Positions 59,980 to 64,000 of a stretch of 64,000 nt of DNA are shown here, one piece after another. The stretch comes from a virus (Duplodnaviria > Caudoviricetes), in the IMG/VR virus record IMGVR_UViG_3300009873_000001; one strand, 5' to 3'. The notes under the pieces are model-generated. The model was not told where the DNA came from. It saw only the letters and a program-made list of their open reading frames with translations, and did no database searches. The stretch's first letter is position 1. Every line of letters begins with the position of its first letter. The translations under genes and the position numbers were made by a program.

Positions 59980-60372
59980 GTGGACGAGACGCTCCAACGC
60001 GCAATTCGCGAGGCTGAGCGAGCTGGACACCGACTGGTGCCACGCCCGCCTGAGAGCGTACTCACGGCGCTGCGGATCGTAGCGCGCGCGGGCAGCGTAA
60101 TCGCGGAAGCGCTGGTCACCATTGCCATCCAGCTCAAGCGTCCAGGGCAAGACGAGCGCGAGGCGATCTGGAACGAGGCTTGGCGGGGAGGGCTTCGCAA
60201 CTGGCTGGACGCGATCGGCGCCGGATCGCCTGACTGGGACAAGGAAGTTACGTACCCCAAGTCCTCCCACTCTGTCGGGATCGACGACGCCATAGACAGT
60301 GACGAATTCGAAAGGCGCTGGGCCGCACGTCATGGCCACTACCGCGGATACCACCCAGCCCTGGAGGATTGA
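59980..60372 (+). CDS. hypothetical protein, paralog of 59315-59794
   Basis: GTG 59980; MDETLQRAIREAERAG...WLDAIGA. Confidence 0.7.
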   Translation: MDETLQRAIREAERAGHRLVPRPPESVLTALRIVARAGSVIAEALVTIAIQLKRPGQDEREAIWNEAWRGGLRNWLDAIGAGSPDWDKEVTYPKSSHSVGIDDAIDSDEFERRWAARHGHYRGYHPALED

Positions 60373-61077
60373 GTGAGCGACGCCGAGGTCAAGCGCCTGT
60401 TTCGCAACTGGCTCGCCAACCAGACTCCAGAAAACGCCCAGCGCTACGTGACGGCGCTGGCTCGGGCGGGCGGCGACCTGCCCGGACCCGACACCGTCGA
60501 CTTCTTGCTGGAATCGGCGCGCGGAAGGCGCGTGCGTAAGATCGTAGCCGGAGCGCTTAGGCACTTCTTCGGCAAGACGACCAGGGAAGCGCTACGCGGA
60601 CAGCTCGAGCATCTAACCGAGGCACACTTCAACGAAGCCGGCCTTCGAGCAATCTCTAGCCTGAAAGACGTGCCGCCGTTGGGCATGGGCGACCTGCGCG
60701 AGTTTTACCGTGAGATCGGACTGCAGCTGAAGGAAGGCACGCAGCAGCAAGTCAGCGACGACTTGGCCGTCAAGCCTCGGAACGCTAGCGGTTGGAAGAC
60801 CGCGTTCTGTCAGCTCGATTGGGACTACCAGGCGCTCCGCGCCGAGATCGATCAGCTGCACGAAGAGAATCGCGTGCAAGGGCAGACGATCGTTCAGCTG
60901 CGCAATCAGCTCTCCAAAGAGGGCGGCCAAGGCGCCACGGTCGATATCCTCCGCCGCGAGAACGAGCGCTTGACCAAGATCATTCAGGGCCGCTCCTCTG
61001 GCGGCCCCTCAGCTCCAGTGCCCTCGCCATCTGCGCTTTCTCCTTGGGACCCTCTGCCAGCAGACGGCTCTCGGTGA
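60373..61077 (+). CDS. hypothetical protein with MSD leader and coiled coil
   Basis: MSDAEVKRLFRNW...ALARAG; GGAGG RBS. Confidence 0.7.
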   Translation: MSDAEVKRLFRNWLANQTPENAQRYVTALARAGGDLPGPDTVDFLLESARGRRVRKIVAGALRHFFGKTTREALRGQLEHLTEAHFNEAGLRAISSLKDVPPLGMGDLREFYREIGLQLKEGTQQQVSDDLAVKPRNASGWKTAFCQLDWDYQALRAEIDQLHEENRVQGQTIVQLRNQLSKEGGQGATVDILRRENERLTKIIQGRSSGGPSAPVPSPSALSPWDPLPADGSR

Positions 61078-61264
61078 ACAGGAGCGAAGACCACGACTCG
61101 ATCAGCTTGGGGATCGTCGTCCATATCGCCGACGTGGACGGCAGCCCTCTGTGTGGGTCGGATCTGGCGATTACAATCGTGCCGCCTCACCAGTTGTTCA
61201 GCGCGACGTGCCAGGATTGCCTGGACTGCTGGGACGACGTGACCAAGGAGCCGGGCGAAGAAGC

Positions 61265-61879
61265 ATGAGTCAGCACGAAGAACACCTCGCGTCCTTGACC
61301 AAGCCTGACGTGTGGCTCGCGGTCAAGTCCGGCGTGGATTCGAGCTACTACGTCAATGGCTACAAGGTGCTGAACAGCCAGGCCCCGCTCCGGCAGTGGA
61401 TTCGTTCACGGAAGCCGTCCAAGGGGTGGCTGTCGTTCAAGAACAAACCGCAGGCTGCGTTCTTGATCCCTCATACCGCAGACGCTGCCGTGCGGCTGCT
61501 CAGACACATGCACGCCGCCCTCGTGCTGCTCGATCACCAGAATCCTCACCGCTGGCCATGCCCATTCGGCGTGGTCTGGGTGCGGACCGGCGACGAGCTC
61601 TTCAACGGCAGCTACTGCAAGCAGTCGGTCGAGTTCCAGTGGGGCATGGAGATCGTCGCCGAAAGCAGCCGTCGCAAGCACGCCTTCTTCGGCTTCCTGG
61701 GAGACAACTTCTACCAGGACGGCCATAAGTTCAAACACGCCGCCGAACGCGCTGCTCAATGGACCGCTCCTGTCGTGGTGGCGGTCAAGGACGTGTGGTT
61801 GAAGGAGCTGGCGGAGCGGCTCAATGCGTTCGCGCAGTTCAAGCGCGACGAGAAGAACAAGCGAGCGAGCTATCTGTGA
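61265..61879 (+). CDS. hypothetical protein
   Basis: ATG 61265; GTGA overlap with the next ORF. Confidence 0.65.
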   Translation: MSQHEEHLASLTKPDVWLAVKSGVDSSYYVNGYKVLNSQAPLRQWIRSRKPSKGWLSFKNKPQAAFLIPHTADAAVRLLRHMHAALVLLDHQNPHRWPCPFGVVWVRTGDELFNGSYCKQSVEFQWGMEIVAESSRRKHAFFGFLGDNFYQDGHKFKHAAERAAQWTAPVVVAVKDVWLKELAERLNAFAQFKRDEKNKRASYL

Positions 61880-62278
61880 GTGACACGCTTGTCAGCAAGC
61901 TAGACAAGGCCAAGAAGAACCTCGAGCGGATCATGGCCGCCGTCAACGAGCTAGACGACTTCGTCTTTGACGCGGACATACAGGCCGGCAAGTGCGTGGA
62001 GTGCAAGAAGTACAAGGCCATGGCGGAAGACGCCGAAGAGGCGGCGCATGAGTGGGAGTTGCAGGCCAGCGGTGATCTGCGCTGGCCTTTGAAGGTCCTC
62101 GTCGAGGGAGGCTATATCTCCTACGAGCGCGGCATGGACCTCGTGACCGACTGGACGCTCGCTGGCCACGAAGCCGCTGCGAGCTCCCTGAAGGACCTGC
62201 TCTGGAAATACGGACCTTCCTTCAAGTCAGAACGAAGGAAGTCAGCGCCAGGCCAGCCGGCTACACTGAATGGGCCGC

Positions 62279-62812
62279 ATGATACCGCTGCTTTGGTGTG
62301 ACGTAGAAACCCTCGGCTTTGATCCGGCTCGCAGCGTCATGCTCGAAGCCGGGTTCACGCTCACCGACGCGGAGCTGAATGAAGTCGCCAGCCTCTGCGT
62401 GCAGCTGAGCTTGGACGGCGTCGACATGTCTTCGCCGGCTCACGACCCCAAGGCGCTGGAGTTCCACAAAACGAACGGCCTACTCGACGAGTGTGGGCGC
62501 GTGGGCATGAAGCTCGGGGACGCCAGCCACACTGTCACGGACTGGATCGAGCGCCGATCGGCCGGCGGTCTGTACATGGCCGGTTCTGGACTCGACTTCG
62601 ACCGGCACTGGTTGAAGCTGTGGCTGCCCAGCGCGGCGCAGCTGTTCCACCGCCGCAACTTCGACCTGAATACGCTCCTGGCTTGGTACGGAGTCACCGA
62701 CAAGGAAATGCTGCCAGACTACGATTACAAGCACCGGGCCATGCTCGACATTCAGCGAGACATAGCACTCACCAAGAAACTGGCCGAGTTCAGCGGCATG
62801 ATGCGCCACTAG
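62279..62812 (+). CDS. oligoribonuclease-like DEDDh 3'-5' exonuclease
   Basis: WCDVETLGFDP (ExoI), GSGLDFDR (ExoII), HRR..D, HRAMLDI (ExoIII). Confidence 0.85.
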   Translation: MIPLLWCDVETLGFDPARSVMLEAGFTLTDAELNEVASLCVQLSLDGVDMSSPAHDPKALEFHKTNGLLDECGRVGMKLGDASHTVTDWIERRSAGGLYMAGSGLDFDRHWLKLWLPSAAQLFHRRNFDLNTLLAWYGVTDKEMLPDYDYKHRAMLDIQRDIALTKKLAEFSGMMRH

Positions 62813-62819
62813 GACAGCC

Positions 62820-63815
62820 ATGGACGCCAGGCTTCGAGAGCTCCACCGCGCCGCCCGGCTCGCTCGCGGCAAAGAGGCCGCCCGCCTCCGCGGCCAGCTC
62901 TGGAGCGCTTTGCTGGCCCTGGGTGTGTGGCCAGAATTCGTTCACCGCACGGCGCTGCAGACGGCCACGGAGGTGGCACAGTTCGCTTCTTGGTTGGGCG
63001 ACCTTGGCGCGCGCGAGTTCCTTCGTTCGGCAGGCGCTCAGGCCGCGTCGATCAAGGTCGGCGTCTCGCACGACTTGTTGCGCGGCGACTCCGTGCCCAC
63101 GCGCTGCAGTATCTGGTGCTGCGAACGAATGCTTCCGGTGATTGAAGAAGCAATGCCGGTAACGGCAGACCGGTCGGCCCCTGGCAGGGCGCTCGCCGAA
63201 TGCATGCAGGTCCAGCTAGCGGCGGAGGCCGAAGTCGAGCTGCGCGTGCCGTCTCGAGGGCGACCGCCGCTCTACAAGGCCGCCAGACACAACTTCGACC
63301 CGCACCTGCCCGGACTTCCTGCCACCACACTCCTCGAGCTGGGGAGCCTGCTGCAGGCAATCGGTTTCGAGGATACTGGATATCCAGGCCGCGCAGAAGA
63401 CCTAATGCACTTCGAGGTGCGGCGCGACTGGCCCAACGCGCTCCCAGGCGATCAGCAAGGCAGGGCGCGATTCACCTATGCTGCCGCCTTCGGGTTGATC
63501 GCGATCATGCGACTCTACGCCAGCGTTTTCAGGCGCAGCACGAGCGCGCCCTCGCACCAGATGGGCTACATTCGCGAATCGAGGCCGTTGCTCGAGCCAG
63601 CCAACATGTTCCTCAAGGTCGTTTTGCCTTTGTGTGAGACCGGGCTCTCTTTGACATATGCCAGCCAATCAGATAGAGCCTGGCTGTCTGCCGGGCGACA
63701 CGCCTGGGTCAGTCACGGCAGCGCAGCTGGCAAGAAACAGGCGCTCAAGGAACTCAAGGCGTTCATGCGGCAGCGATTCGTGCCGTGGGCCACTTCGGAA
63801 GTGGTGCCTGCGTGA
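62820..63815 (+). CDS. hypothetical protein with MDARLREL leader
   Basis: 331-aa ORF with the shared leader motif. Confidence 0.7.
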   Translation: MDARLRELHRAARLARGKEAARLRGQLWSALLALGVWPEFVHRTALQTATEVAQFASWLGDLGAREFLRSAGAQAASIKVGVSHDLLRGDSVPTRCSIWCCERMLPVIEEAMPVTADRSAPGRALAECMQVQLAAEAEVELRVPSRGRPPLYKAARHNFDPHLPGLPATTLLELGSLLQAIGFEDTGYPGRAEDLMHFEVRRDWPNALPGDQQGRARFTYAAAFGLIAIMRLYASVFRRSTSAPSHQMGYIRESRPLLEPANMFLKVVLPLCETGLSLTYASQSDRAWLSAGRHAWVSHGSAAGKKQALKELKAFMRQRFVPWATSEVVPA

Positions 63816-64000
63816 AAGCCAACCGCAACGCTGACGTCCGCAGGCGCACCGCCGCCCGCGGCCTGACGCTCGAAACCACCGATCCGATTCTCTGGGAACG
63901 GAACGCCAGAGAAGCGCTGCGAGCTGGAGATCTGCCCAGTGCGCTCGTCAGCCTCGCCTTGACCAGGTGGTTCGCGCGCGACCTGCCGACCAACGAGATC
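63812..64000 (+). CDS. 5' end of hypothetical protein (truncated)
   Basis: GTGA overlap; MKANRNADVRRR...EALRAGDLP. Confidence 0.55.
   Translation, partial: MKANRNADVRRRTAARGLTLETTDPILWERNAREALRAGDLPSALVSLALTRWFARDLPTNEI

Larger units (their letters stand above)
52472..64000 (+). other. rightward array of short ORFans with embedded tRNA and exonuclease
   Basis: Tightly coupled plus-strand ORFs, e.g. 52472-52984, 53178-53396, 54470-54721, 55544-56185, 56223-56519, 57385-57894, 58493-58840, 58837-59313. Confidence 0.75.

Overview
This GC-rich, gene-dense 64 kb window reads as part of a large bacterial virus or provirus genome, not a cellular chromosome. It has many short ORFans with overlapping start/stop codons, two phage-type C5 DNA methyltransferases, a lone groES, a tmRNA and a tRNA-Thr(UGU), and no housekeeping operons. 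The Ser/Thr kinase and FHA styles and a recurring 'MxD..LR.LER' N-terminus suggest a Planctomycetota- or Myxococcota-like host (inference). Layout: (1) 4.6-19.5 kb is a surface-fibre locus with an RmlD-like reductase, a GT2-TPR glycosyltransferase, two HtrL-like domains, two sugar O-methyltransferases, a Gly-Pro-Thr collagen and a duplicated three-gene beta-rich cassette split by a kinase gene. (2) 19.5-31 kb holds putative virion proteins carrying repeated (M/L/F/V)xG(L/M/I)G motifs that resemble the adenovirus-protease cleavage consensus, plus a phosphatase-HIT fusion, an FHA protein, groES and a methyltransferase. (3) 35.4-36.7 kb is an RNA island: a coiled-coil gene followed by a 185-nt rod-shaped RNA, then a tmRNA with a 33-residue tag. 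(4) 38.5-64 kb is two divergent ORFan arrays meeting at an XRE-HTH gene with a palindromic operator candidate; the leftward array includes a dual-frame overlapping methyltransferase locus. No terminase, portal, tail sheath/tube, integrase, polymerase, reverse transcriptase or CRISPR array was recognised. Family assignments come from reading motifs by eye, not from database searches.
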